DNA of 63,998 nt, filler included, from Dimargaris cristalligena (taxonomy: Eukaryota): assembly GCA_003614675.1 (NCBI GenBank). It is 5 parts of 5 records of this genome, joined end to end, with 100 filler letters (N's around TTAATTAATTAA, not from the genome) between each part and the next. Parts side by side here need not be neighbours in the genome. Positions count along the whole stretch, not along the records: positions 1 to 12,953 come from ML003012.1; 4 more parts are not named here. One strand, written 5' to 3'. The notes below the pieces were generated by a model. It ran no database searches and was not told the origin of the DNA. It saw only the letters and a list, made by a program, of their open reading frames with translations. Of the stretch, positions 1 to 12,300 are shown one piece after another (the stretch's first letter is position 1; every line of letters begins with the position of its first letter). The translations under genes were made by a program, and so were the position numbers.

Positions 1-299
1 TTTTATTAATATTTTCATTTGAGTGACAAACCAGTTTGCCTGGAGAAGCCACCCTGCCCTTTTGATATATTTTTGTTGTTCATTTTAGTGGCTTGACACC
101 ACCACACTGTGGCAACGCCCCGCTTACCATTAGAAGCCTATCCCCGAGACTCTTGACAGACTAAGAGTGGTTAGCCCGGGCAACAATCAACATCATAGTC
201 TAGTTGGAATAGTGTAAGGACCATTCAAGATTTATGTTTATGGCACAGATCATGCGGCCAACACCTTTCAAACTATTGATACTACCCCAACATAGTTCA

Positions 300-760
300 T
301 CAATTTTATTTAAGTGCCCTTATGTGCTATTTCTTTGGGATAATTGGCTATATTGACAGTGTTTAGTAAGCAGCTACTGGTAGAGGAGGTACAATGTGGA
401 CCAGTGTGAGTTGACAGTATGGTGCAAATTATAATGGGGCTTTCACTAATGGACGTCATTCTAATTTACTCTACTCACTGAAGTGGAGGCGGGCTTTGGC
501 AGGTTGGACCGGTAATGGTAAAGAGGACTAAACTAATATGGGATGACTGTGGGCGATGATCGTAACTGACCATTGGTCAACCAAATTATATTGTCAAGTG
601 TGAATAGAAATTTCATACAATTTGCTTGGAGGTAGCGTTGGAAGCCTTGTAAAGACAAATAGGTAACCAAGTCCAGTTGACTATGGTCGTCTACAAAGGT
701 AATAACGGAGCAAAAACGGGAAGCAACACTGGTATTGATGGCATTTGAGGATGAACGGCA
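300..760 (-). mobile_element. Degenerate Ty1/copia-like integrase relic
   Basis: Minus-strand translation SVITFVDDHSQLDLVTYLS...FQRY resembles the copia integrase core (YFxTFxDDxSRxxxVYFL). Further on, TVNIANY resembles AVNTANY. Interrupted by stops; similarity judged by eye. Confidence 0.4.
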
Positions 761-3541
761 GGCAACAAGTTTAGACGTTTGATACCTAATTACTGGCATC
801 CCAATACCAAAGGGATGGCCTAGGGGAGAGTGACTCCTTCAGGAGCCAACCCCATACCGCGAAACCTCGTCGTACTGACGGTATGATCCTCACAACTTGA
901 CTCGGGTGCTTTTCTAACGAGCCCCTGCAATTTGATATACACACGTCCCCCGTTCGTTCCCAGGTTTCATAGTTAATTGATCAGTTCGCTTATAAATGAC
1001 CTCATATATTGATGGGTCAGCACTGGGAGGCAACTCTAACCCCACTGTGTTACACTCAAAACGATTGCAAGTTTAAGCGTGAAAGAAAAACACCGTAGAT
1101 ATAAGGTTTTGCGTAACGAGCCTGTTCGGGTTATGGCCAAATACAGCTCCGCTGCCGCTCACGTCTATAGAATCTTCTTCCCATTATGAATCAGTACCGA
1201 TGGTTTAAATCATAATACAGGCCATATACATTATTTTCAATTTGGTCTGAGCGTCATTGGCAATTCTGCCCTGGATGCTACGTTCCCAGCGGTTGTCAAA
1301 TAATACCAAAAAGAGTTCAAGTTTATAACCTGACGTCAGTTCATGGGATGGGCGGGAAAATAGTAACCGGCTTCTCACATACTGCTCTGGGTTCCTTCCT
1401 AATCAGAGGGAAATACCCAGGCCCATTTCTGACTCAATTTCTTAATAGCACATTCGGTTTGGTAGTATACCCCTAGGAATAAGCTGCCATACTATAGCGC
1501 CCCTTTTGGATTGATACTGGAATCAAGTAGGCCCGTTATTGAGTGTGATGCCTCTCCGAATACTGTCACTCGGTATACTCAAGATTGAGCTAGGAATGAC
1601 CTTGACCACGATACCTGCATGAAATAGCCCATACATGGCATCTGGTCTATAAACTAGAGCTGAATAAGCCGGGTGATCCAACTGGTGGGGCTCACGCTAA
1701 GCATGTTACGCGTATTAGTTTGACGCGTACATGTCGGAACCTCAAGCAGGGACACTCTCAGCTTCGCGTTTAACACCCCGACTTACTTAACTTGACCAGA
1801 ATCCGATTGCCAGGCCACCGATTTGATCCAGGGCAGTGTGTGCTTAAACAGGATTCGATTAAGGGGGAAGCCTTGGGTAAAGAGTAATCGAATCCAAGAA
1901 TTGAGAACGTCCCGTGCTACTTTCGGGGCCGACACAAATACTAATCCTTAACTCGTGTCTGTGCTTTCGACTGTACTAATTACTAAGCCGAGGGGGCCGG
2001 TGGCTAATACCTATCGCTCTATAGTACTCACCATGGTGTTTTGGGAAAAGATGGGCATTAGGTAATGCAGATGGTCTAATAATCGTAACAATACTTCGCC
2101 AGAAGCGTGGTGCGGTGGTGAATCGACCCAATCGACTCGCAACCGTGATTAAAAAGCTGAAATAGCTCGATGGGGAGCCAAATCGGCCAACCCCGCCTAT
2201 ACAGGGTACTCTTGTGGGCCGAGAATATGTAGGACAAGGCCTGTTTATCTCTCCCACACCCGATTCTACATACTATAAACCCCCCATTGTCCCATGGCTA
2301 TAGATGGCATTTGCAAGGGTTAATTGCTTGAATAACCAGCCCAGGCTAACCACACTGCAAATGATTGGATCAAAAATAACCCGACCTAAAGTGCGAGCCG
2401 ACATAAGCCGAAGAGGGGAAAAGACGAGGCTTATTTTTCAGTCTCCTCCCCTCTCCCTACTATATATAGATCGCCATATAGAAAGAGCGCTGTGGGTGGT
2501 GGCTGGGGTGTATAGGACGGAGGGATAGTGGAACTCAACGGTATCCACTCGGCTGACAGCTTTGGTCAGCATGTTATTTTTACGCTGTACTATGGTCGTT
2601 AGCCGGGCGCGGAAACGGAGAGATAGAGCCCAGCCAATCTAAACCAATGGTTGGCATGGCTCATAGTTTGGCCGCCTATCAGGGGCCAACTTAATTACCC
2701 TGCATTGTCACAGTGCACCCAATGACGGTGTTGGGCCGAAACGCCCAACTCTTAAGCTGCCCAAGGATACCTCGGCTTTTGGAACTTGGCGTTTTTCACT
2801 TAAAAAAAGACGAAGAGATGACTAATGAAAAAAAATCCCCAACAAGGGAAAACATAAGTAAGAAAAGAGAGGCGGGCAAGGTTTGGTGGTGGTCATCCTC
2901 ACGGGCTGTAAACGAGAAATATAAGCAACCGTGCCCCCACTATTTAAAGCCACCCCTAGAGTAAAGTTACACTCCACCGTGATTCTGCCCCTTTTATTCA
3001 CCCGGCTCTGTGTAATATTCGCTCATCTTGCCTTCGCCCTGTCACTATTATACACCACCCAACCAGTCTAGCCCTGTTCTTCCGAGGGACTGAATGCCCC
3101 TGGATGAAATCACTGTGCTTTCGATTTCACTTGCCCCATCGTCATTACAGCGGAATTATAGGGGCATCTGTACCTGTATAAATATTCATTACCATTCCTT
3201 CCCCCCTATCTTTTTCATGTTTATCCGGTTTCATTTTTTTGCACTGTACCTTTTACCACAACACTCCCTTGCCTTTGCCATCCATCATTACTGTATATTT
3301 GCATCTTATCTTTCTTTCATCGCGAACAGCTCATTTTCATATTTTCACATTATAGCCTCAATTCGCTCTTCAATTTATACCTGAAACTACTGTGGTGTAA
3401 AATCTCTGAGCCAAAAACACCTATCGGATCGAGCGACACCTGTTTTACCTTAAAGTTTACAATCATTTCCTAACCCTGATTTTGCCCCATTAGAGTAAAC
3501 CGACCGCCAAATTACCTCTAATATAGTCAACAGTCGTACCC

Positions 3542-5653
3542 ATGAGCGATCACCCCGACTCGAAAATTCCTCCCGAGGTTAAATTCGCCACCGAGCCGTC
3601 CTCCCGGTCGCCCCGTCGCCCTCCCCCGTCGCGGATTTCCCTTCCACCGGTACCCCGGGCCTTTCATATAGCCAGTGCACCCGCCTCGCCCACGTTCCTC
3701 CCCAATGATCCCATCGATGAAGAAGCCGAAACCAGCTCGGACGACGAACATGCGGGGGGTAACTTTACTCTGCCCCGACGATCCAGCCCCCCAACCTCAC
3801 CACCACCACTTCATAACAACAACTACCGGATGCCTACAGAGGCGGTAGCGGTGACCCACGAAAAAATGAACGGGGGAGTCCTCCCACCAACCGGAGTCGG
3901 GGCCGGGGTTGGAGTGAGTGAAAATAACGGAGTGTCCAAGGAATCAGTGACCATTGATATGGAGGGGGTGGACAAGCATGAGCAGGAAGCCCATAAATTA
4001 GTCCGGCGGGCCACGGCCACCCGTCGCCAGTCCGTCCAGGGCGGTGTACTCTCCAGTTTGCTCCATCTGTACAACTCCCAGGCGGGTCCGGACGAAAGTA
4101 AAGCCAAGGCCCGGGCCAAACGGCGCCGTGAACGCAAGACCCAATCCACTATAGCGGCTAACAAAGCTATGCGGCCCATCCAGTCATCCGCTACGCTCAG
4201 CGGCTATCTACTCGGTTCGCCCATGCTCTTCGGTGGTAGCGCCAGCGGTAATAATAGTAATGGAGCCCACCATCATCATCATCATCATCACCATCCACCA
4301 AGTTGTCCCGGCACCCCGGGAACCCCTGACTCATGCCGATCCAGTTTCAGCGAGGACGGTCGGACCTCCTATTTCAATATCCCCTATCTGGAACAGGAGC
4401 GCATCAAAGAAAACATCCGCCGCATTCTCATGCAGCATGAGGTCATGATCTTGGTGGCCCGGGCCCTCCTCATGTTCGGCTCACCGTCCCACCGGCTGGA
4501 GGGGAATATGCGGTTGCTGTCGGACCGGTTGGTCGTGGAGTGTTCGGTGGCTAATTTGCCGGGTTTGCTGCTCATGGCTTTCCACGATCCGGATACCCAT
4601 ACCAGTGAAACCCACATGATCCGCGTCCCCATCGGGGGTTACCATATGGCCCGGTTGCGCCGGACGAACCAGCTGATTCGGTGTCTCATGGCCAAGGAAA
4701 TCACCGTCGATACGGCCATTACCGAACTGAACGATATGATCGAGGCCCCGGCCAATTTACCCTGGTACGTCACCATCGTGAATTACAGTATCGTATCGTT
4801 CGCCGCCGCGCCCCTGCTGTTCGGGGGCAGTTGGGTTGACGCCGGCGTGAGTGGGGCCTTGGGCCTCATCATCGGCAGTATGAGTTTAATTGCCGATCGC
4901 CTCAATGCCTACGCCAACGTTTTCGAAGTGTCCGCGGCCGTGTTCAGCGGCCTCATCGCCTCCGTTCTCAGCAGCCACGTCTGCTACTGGGGGGTCGTCC
5001 TCTCCGCCATGGTCAATTTGCTACCGGGCCTTACGCTTACTTTGGCCGTGACTGAACTATCGTCCCGCAATGTTATTTCTGGATCGGTTCGGCTTTTTTA
5101 TGCCCTCATTGTGGCCTTTTTAATTGGGTTCGGCTTGACCCTCGGAACCAACATCTACACCGGTTCCGGCCGAACCATTGCCGTGACTTCGTACACCTGC
5201 CACCCCATATCCCAATACTACTGGTTCCTGCTCTTTCCCATCACCTCCCTCAGCTTTAACGTGTATTTGCGGGCGAGTTACCGGGACTACCTCCCCATGA
5301 TGCTGGTTAGCGCGGCCGGATTCACCGCCAATCATTTCGCCTCCAAGTATTTCGACGCCAGCTACTTGTCCCCCGCCATCGCATCGTTTGTAATCGCTAC
5401 ATTGAGTAACATTTATTCGCGCGTATTTCAGCAAATGGCCATTAATAATATTCTGGCCGGTATTCTCCTGCTAGTCCCCGGGAGTCTAGGGGTTAAGGGA
5501 AGTCTAGCCCTACTGACCAACGACAGCAGCCAAGCTTATCAATTCGCCCTCCAAATGGTGGTCATTTCCCTGAGTGTGAGTGTGGGCCTCTTTGCGTCAT
5601 CACTTATGGTGTACCCCTTGGGCAAGAAACACAACGTATTAATGACCATCTAA
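3542..5653 (+). CDS. PRM10: Prm10/ThrE-family (DUF1212) membrane protein, 703 aa
   Basis: Single ORF with a long disordered N-terminus containing a His run, then ARALLMFGSPSHRLE and HDPDTHTSETH motifs, about 10 hydrophobic helices, and LLPGLTLT / LLLVPGSLG repeats typical of ThrE proteins. Confidence 0.85.
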   Translation: MSDHPDSKIPPEVKFATEPSSRSPRRPPPSRISLPPVPRAFHIASAPASPTFLPNDPIDEEAETSSDDEHAGGNFTLPRRSSPPTSPPPLHNNNYRMPTEAVAVTHEKMNGGVLPPTGVGAGVGVSENNGVSKESVTIDMEGVDKHEQEAHKLVRRATATRRQSVQGGVLSSLLHLYNSQAGPDESKAKARAKRRRERKTQSTIAANKAMRPIQSSATLSGYLLGSPMLFGGSASGNNSNGAHHHHHHHHHPPSCPGTPGTPDSCRSSFSEDGRTSYFNIPYLEQERIKENIRRILMQHEVMILVARALLMFGSPSHRLEGNMRLLSDRLVVECSVANLPGLLLMAFHDPDTHTSETHMIRVPIGGYHMARLRRTNQLIRCLMAKEITVDTAITELNDMIEAPANLPWYVTIVNYSIVSFAAAPLLFGGSWVDAGVSGALGLIIGSMSLIADRLNAYANVFEVSAAVFSGLIASVLSSHVCYWGVVLSAMVNLLPGLTLTLAVTELSSRNVISGSVRLFYALIVAFLIGFGLTLGTNIYTGSGRTIAVTSYTCHPISQYYWFLLFPITSLSFNVYLRASYRDYLPMMLVSAAGFTANHFASKYFDASYLSPAIASFVIATLSNIYSRVFQQMAINNILAGILLLVPGSLGVKGSLALLTNDSSQAYQFALQMVVISLSVSVGLFASSLMVYPLGKKHNVLMTI

Positions 5654-6399
5654 GGGTCCGTCCGTGGATACGATCAGCTTTAATAGACATGTCTGTGTTT
5701 CACAAGTGACCTGGGCATCATCAGTCCAAATATGCATTAATAAAAGTGAACAAAATAACCATAACATCATCTATGGTATCAAAGGGGAGAGCGAGTGCGA
5801 GTGAGAGTAAGAAGGATAGCGAGAATGAGAGAGAGAGCAAGGCAATGAGTAAGGGGTGGGGAGATTATGCAAGCACAAATAGGGATGTGACGTATACTCG
5901 GATAATAGTGATCCGAAAAATCAATGACTTAAACTTGATTGGGAATTAGGGGTGTCCAGCGTATTATCGTACAGCAACATACATAAATATAAGCTTCAAT
6001 GTGAAAAGTAGAAGGGGTAAATTAAAGCAGGGCAAAAAAGAAGCCGGCAGTTTGCAAGCCTGGGGAAATACAGGAAAATAAGCTATACGCGGGAATTAAT
6101 AGTATGCGGTAGAGACTTCCGCGAACCGATGGAGACTAATCGACTTCATAAATTAGGTATATATCGCCAATTAAAGAGCCAAATGGTGTGAAGAGGGGAA
6201 ATTGACGAAAATTAGAGCTCCCCTGCATTACGCTTGAAAGCATGAGCAAACAATTTTTATGTGTGTTCAGATCGGGTACTAGGATAACCCTTTAAAAGGA
6301 GTGTCGATTAAATACTAGTCTACGGTGCAGTATCCAGACAGGGCGGTGGTTATAAGACCCTATGTATGGGTGGTACATTAAACCGAAAATTCATACGGC

Positions 6400-9300
6400 C
6401 TATTGGGGCGGAACCAGCCTCTTTACTTTACGGAAAATCAGATAGTAGGCCTAAATGGAACCAGGAATGGGTACGTGTAGTTGGGTTTGAGAGAGAGAGA
6501 GAGTGTGTGTGTGTGTGTGATATAGGTGTAATAACAAAGAAAAAAAACAACCAAACTCATTAGCCTATGAGGGGGAGGGGTGAAGTAGAGCAAACCTCCG
6601 CTAAATTTATAAGATTCATATTTTCATAAACTATACAAACAATACAGGAATCAATGACTTACATGTACAATGGGAATAGCCGGGACCGGATCCATATCCG
6701 CCACACAAACCTCCTCGGGGTAATCCTCCAGCGTGTACGTTTTCTTGCGGTCTTTACCGTAACCGTCCGGCACTGCAATCATCAGTTCCTTCAAACGTAA
6801 GGTAAAGGGCGAGTCGGCCGCCAGGACGGCATCCCGAATGTCCTCAAAGACCAAAAGACCCAGCGGCCATAATTTACCGGTCCGCGGACAACGGACATCC
6901 TGAACTCCGATGGCCAAAACCCCGCCGGTATCCGTTAGTCGTTGGAGGGCATCCAGGGCGACGGCGACCAACAGTCGTCGATATCCGGGTAGACAAGCGG
7001 GATCCAGTGTCGTCCCGGCCAGGTGGGGTACCGCCAGAAGGGCCAGTGGACTACCACCCCCACCACTGCCACCCTCCTCCATACCATCGTCGAGAAGGGA
7101 CAGGCTATTCATTAGCTCGTAGTGGGGGATATCGTCGGCCACATCATCGTTGAGGTCGGAGATCAGACCCATGGACATTAGCGCCCGTTTGTTTTGCTTA
7201 ATTTTACGGAGCCGTTCTTGCTCGTAGGTGGAAGCATCGGGGTCCAGATTGGCCGGATCGTCAGGGTCATCGTCGCCGTCTTCACCGTCGTCGGTATCAG
7301 ATTCCGAATCACTTGTCATGGTCGGATCCTCGGTAACCAATGTTGACGAACCGTCGGATAAGAATGCCTGGAACACCTCGCCATCATTATCATCTCCATC
7401 GCCAGCACCAACACCAGTAATGGTCTCCATTTTCAGGTCCGAATCGGGTTGTATACCGGCATGGAGCGGCAGAGCATCTTCAGTTGCCAGCGGTACAATA
7501 CTGACCTCTTCCCAATTGGCCCCGTCCGTACCGAACCGCTCCAAAATGCGGGATAGGCAGAGCGCGCCTAGATCATACTGGGTGTTGGGCAGAAACGTCC
7601 ACACCGTGCCCATCGGCCGACTGGTGCGGACAATCGGGGATAGCGGGATAGCCCGAGCATGGCGCCGTAATTCGAAGCCCTCGGGTGAGCTGATCTGATC
7701 AGAGGTTTGGCACTCCCAGACAAAAGTCGACAGGTCCTCCAGTACCATGGACACCACATCATCGACGGGACATTTTCGGAACGTCGCGATAAACTCATGC
7801 GTGAACATGAGAAAGTCGAACTTGGTGCACAGTTCGGTTCCGAGACCGAAAGCCTGACAGTAGCGCTGGCGTTTAATAACCTAACCGAGTGACAAGCGGA
7901 TTGGGATTGTGAAAATCAGAAAAATAGACGAATTAGGTGTTCTGCTAAGGACTCACAAATATATATATATATTACTATCCCCTCCATTGGACGGGTGAAA
8001 TAGGAGTTGGAAAGCAGAAAGTTCCAACATCCACACCGTCGAATCGGTTTGCTCTATCCTATCCCTAACTAGCTGGGCTGAATTTCAGCCACTATACACT
8101 AAGCAACCCCCCCCCCCTCATTCCGTTTAACATACCAATTCTTCAAGCTCGAAACCACGACTCAGGTACTGGCGAAATAGGTGAAAGCTCACTGGGGTGT
8201 AAAAACAATCTTTGCGATTATCACCGATCCCCAGCGTGACCCGGCGGTTCATTTTGAGCAAGCGGCGGGTTTCTAAGATGACTAGGTCCATTTCCTGGAT
8301 AAACTGATTCGACCCGGGGAACCGACTTAAATCCCCGTCAATATGTTTGGAATAGAGGACGCAGTTCTTGTAGGGCGGGTGGGACAACACATGATCGAAA
8401 GATTCCGGGTCCAAACCGGGTCCGATCAAGGACCGCGCATCGCCTAAAAAGATAACCGGCCGGTGTTCCGCGGTGATGCCCGTATCTAGCGGCACCCGAA
8501 ACGAACAGTTCCGTTTGGATCGGTCCACGGCCAGGGGATTGATGTCAATGCCCACACAGCGCCGTTTGAGCAGCATACTTTCAATAGCATCCGTACCTCG
8601 CCCTAGGAAATTGGACAGAATCCGTTCGTGGGGACGGGTATACCGGAGGAGCGCGCGGCGCACCGTTTGGGGTAGCCAGGTGCCGTGATAATCCGAGCCC
8701 GAGTGGGTGGCCCAGCGGGGGGCTCGACCGGGAATATCATAGTAGGTGGAGTCCACAGCCAGGGAAAAGAGTTGGGCTTCGGATGGGCCTAGTGATTCTA
8801 ACTCGGGTACGTCACCCATGGGCTGGTCCATAGTGGCCGAAATCACCGACGCGCGGGTAAGGTAGGTGGTGAAACTGTAGTCTTCAATCGGGGCCAGGTA
8901 CTGGGACAGCAGTACCCCTTCCAAGGGCAAACCAGCGGAAATATCACCACCTTTTTCGCCGCCTCCGACCACCCCGACGCCGACCCCTTGTAAGTCAGAG
9001 TCGGTTGAGTCGAGCACTTTAGTCGGATGGAGTTGGTTTAAGGTCAAATCGTAACAGTCCTTACACATCAACATACCTCCGAACCCACGGCGCCAACCGG
9101 GGGCTAAGAAATTAGGGCAATAGGAGCATTGGATATCGGAAAGTGAGTTTTCGTCCATACCGTCCAGTGCCGATAGCAGCAGGGCCTGTTGGTTTCGTTT
9201 GGCCTTATTACCCCCCCCGGACGACACCCCCCCTCCCTGGCCTTTGCTTCGGGCTGTTGCATCCGGATCACTGCGGGACGACCGGATCCGGAGAGCACAG

Positions 9301-12300
9301 CGCTGTTCCTCTTCCGCCTGTTTCAGCTCGGCAATCTTCGCCCAGGATGTTGTTTGGAAGAGCTCTTGGGAATGGTGGTGGTCTTCGGGCGTATGGACTT
9401 CCGCGCAGCTGTAGCAGAGGTCGTATGACGAGAAATAGTCTTGGCTGCAGAGGCTGCAGGTGATCCAGGAGGTTTCGTCCACCAGGCTCTTACTGCAGCG
9501 ATCACAACTGAAGACATCTTCGTATTGATCTAATAAAAGCCCCCCCCCACCGAAAAAATCGCAGGGATGTTATTGGAGAAGTTAGAGTGTACAGCAGTTA
9601 GACCAACCAAACACCGGGAGGGTTAGAATAAATAATGTATAGGTCATATATCTGTGGGGTGGGGGTGGGTAATGCCAATCAAATGGGCAAATGGTATGTG
9701 TTCGCTAGGGAGAGAGATGTAGTCTCATCCGAACCCAATGGTGGGCTAGATAGGGTGATCAAGTACACAATTCTTACCAGTTGAATGTAGATGGGATTCG
9801 TGTTGTGGGCACCAGAAAATGACTCCCTCTTTAAAGTAGGACAGGGGCTTATTAGTGCAGCCAAAGTGGTAGCTCCTGTTGCATTTGCTGTGAAAGCAGC
9901 CAATCGTGGCACCTTTCTCGCGGCACCGGATGCATTTCTAAGCCGGTCCCAAATAATTGAATAAATGAATATATCATAATGCGAAGGATAAGAGACAAGG
10001 CCACGTAAACATACCAAATTGAGGAATTGGTAAAATTTAACATTGCCGACATAAACTGAATCACGCCTTTGAACATACTATAGTCTGCATTAACATTCAC
10101 GTAAAATCGAATACTTACCATTTGACGGCCCCGTTTGAGGGCGGCCGTGACATTATACCATTCATCGTTCACTACCACCACTTCGGGGGAGTACCGGGCA
10201 CAAGCATCGTGTGCCCAGAACTGCCGGAATTTGGTAGTCCCCTTGCGGCTGCTGACCGGGTACACAAACGGATAAGGTCCGATGAAGGGACCCGTCTTAC
10301 TGCCCGGGGCCTTTTCGTCATCTAAACAGAAGGCACAGATCTTCCGACTCATGTACTTTTTATAGAACTCGAAGTCTTGCTCGCCATTGTCCGGGCAAGG
10401 GTCAGGCGCCTTGTAATTAGTGTCAAATTGATCCTTCTCAAAGCTCTGCACAATTTCCCCGGCGAGGGCTAACGGATCGATAGTGTTGGAACCGTGACTA
10501 CCACTCCCATTCTGGTCGAGGGCACTACTGCTGCTGCTGTTGTTGAGGACGTTAAAGAGTGCCGGGTCAATGCTCGTGGTAATATGGGTAGCGGATGTGC
10601 CCCCCACCGTTGACTGGTCCCCCGGTGCAATCAGCCACTGCATGGCAAATGAGGAGCGCGGGTGCATGTGGTAAATGGGGAACCGGTGCTCGAAGCAATA
10701 GACACATAGTTCGAAGCTCTTGTAGTCGAATCCCTCGGACGGACTTTCGCAGTATGTGCAGTAAAAGCGGACCTGTTTGATAACGCGATTGCAGCAATTG
10801 CAGTAAATGGTCCAGTGGGGGTCGTAATCATCCGGGCATGGCTCAACCATGGCTTCCATTTCTGATAGCTCCATGGGATCGTTGGCGTGACCGCTACAGC
10901 CTCTGGCCACTACCAAGTCGGCATTGACATATTCGATCCCGTCGGTATAAGTGACTTCCGACGTTGAATTTAGTAAAGACTTGTCTTTGCCCTTGTCCTT
11001 AGCTTTGCCCTTGGCCCTGGTACCTACCTTGGCTTTGCCATTAACCTTGACCTTGGATTGTCGTTGGGTGGTACGACCCACGGCATTGTCAGTATTTCGA
11101 CGCGCTTGATGTTGGCCTTTCTTCAGCTTATTACTATTGGTCGCCTTCGTGGGGCCTACGCAACTAGGCTCTTCAACTGGCGGGTGGTTGCAAAGGATGG
11201 AGGGTGTTTCGGTAGGGGATATGACTGGTGGGGGTGACTGAGCGACGGCTGAATCCGGTGGAGGAAGAGGCATCGGTGGGGTAGACGCAGGGGTTAGAGG
11301 AGTGGGGATGGGGATAGGTAAGGCTAGTCGGGGGGCAGGCATCGGAGGGGGAACGGACCTGACCAATGATGCCGCCAGCTTAATTCCCAGACGACTAGTG
11401 ATGAATTTAGAGGTGTATTGCCGGGATAGTTGGGGGAGGTGGTTCGCCTTTAAGTAGACCATGGGGGCAACAACGGGGGTTCCGAAGCAGACATTAATGG
11501 GCTTAGATGGGGGTGGCGGCGTGGGCGTGGGCCAAACAGCCCGGGGCGCCGGTGGAGTAGGGCGGACGACGGGCTTCCCCGCCTCTGACAGTAATTTAAG
11601 TTCCCATTGCAACTTCTCCATTCGAGAGCGCCGCCGATTATCGGCTGTGCTTTACCCCGGGAGCCTACCTGCGGGTACGGGATCACAACCGCCAGTGGAG
11701 CAATGCCCAGGTGGAGTCTGTACACGGGGACTATATTACCATTCACAACGCCGGGTTTTCCCTGGCGACCAAGGAACGAATCCCCCTGAATAGTCCCCGG
11801 CTGCGCGTCCGCCTTAAATCGATCCAGGCACTCTGGCGCCAGTCCCACTTACCCACCCCGGCTTCGATGGCCTCCCCGACCCATCGCCCGAATGGGACCC
11901 TGCCCTCTCCTACCAAGGCTGTTTCACCCGATACCCCCGTACGGAATGGCAACGGGCAACCCGACCGTATACTCTCCCCGCTATCGGAACGGTTCTCGGT
12001 CTCGCCCAATGTTCCCCAAAGCCGGTGCGGCTGGCGGGAATAATGGAAAAGGCAGCGGTGTTGAATGATCGGCTGACCAGGGCCAGGCCCGAAGCGGACA
12101 GCCGAGGTGGACGGCTGGGCGAGGGTGTCACCGTGGGTCGGGGATGGTGGTGCTGGGGGTCAGGTGAGTCCTTCTGCGAAGGCGATACCGATGTGGGGGT
12201 GGGAAGAGGTGGCAGGGAGACAGCCGTAGGGGTGGGGGGAATTGGTGGAGAATAGGGCGTGGTAGTAGTAGGAAGCGGCGGGGAGACGGTCATGGAAGTA

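Noticed and set aside
11642-12024. CGGCT/AGCCG 5-bp inverted repeat as the inversion breakpoints
   Set aside because: Flipping at these sites puts the Tudor segment out of frame; 11621-12020 restores both junctions.
11711-12043. Plus-strand 110-aa ORF as an independent antisense gene
   Set aside because: No ATG start for the Tudor-like part; fully explained as the inverted segment of the minus-strand gene.
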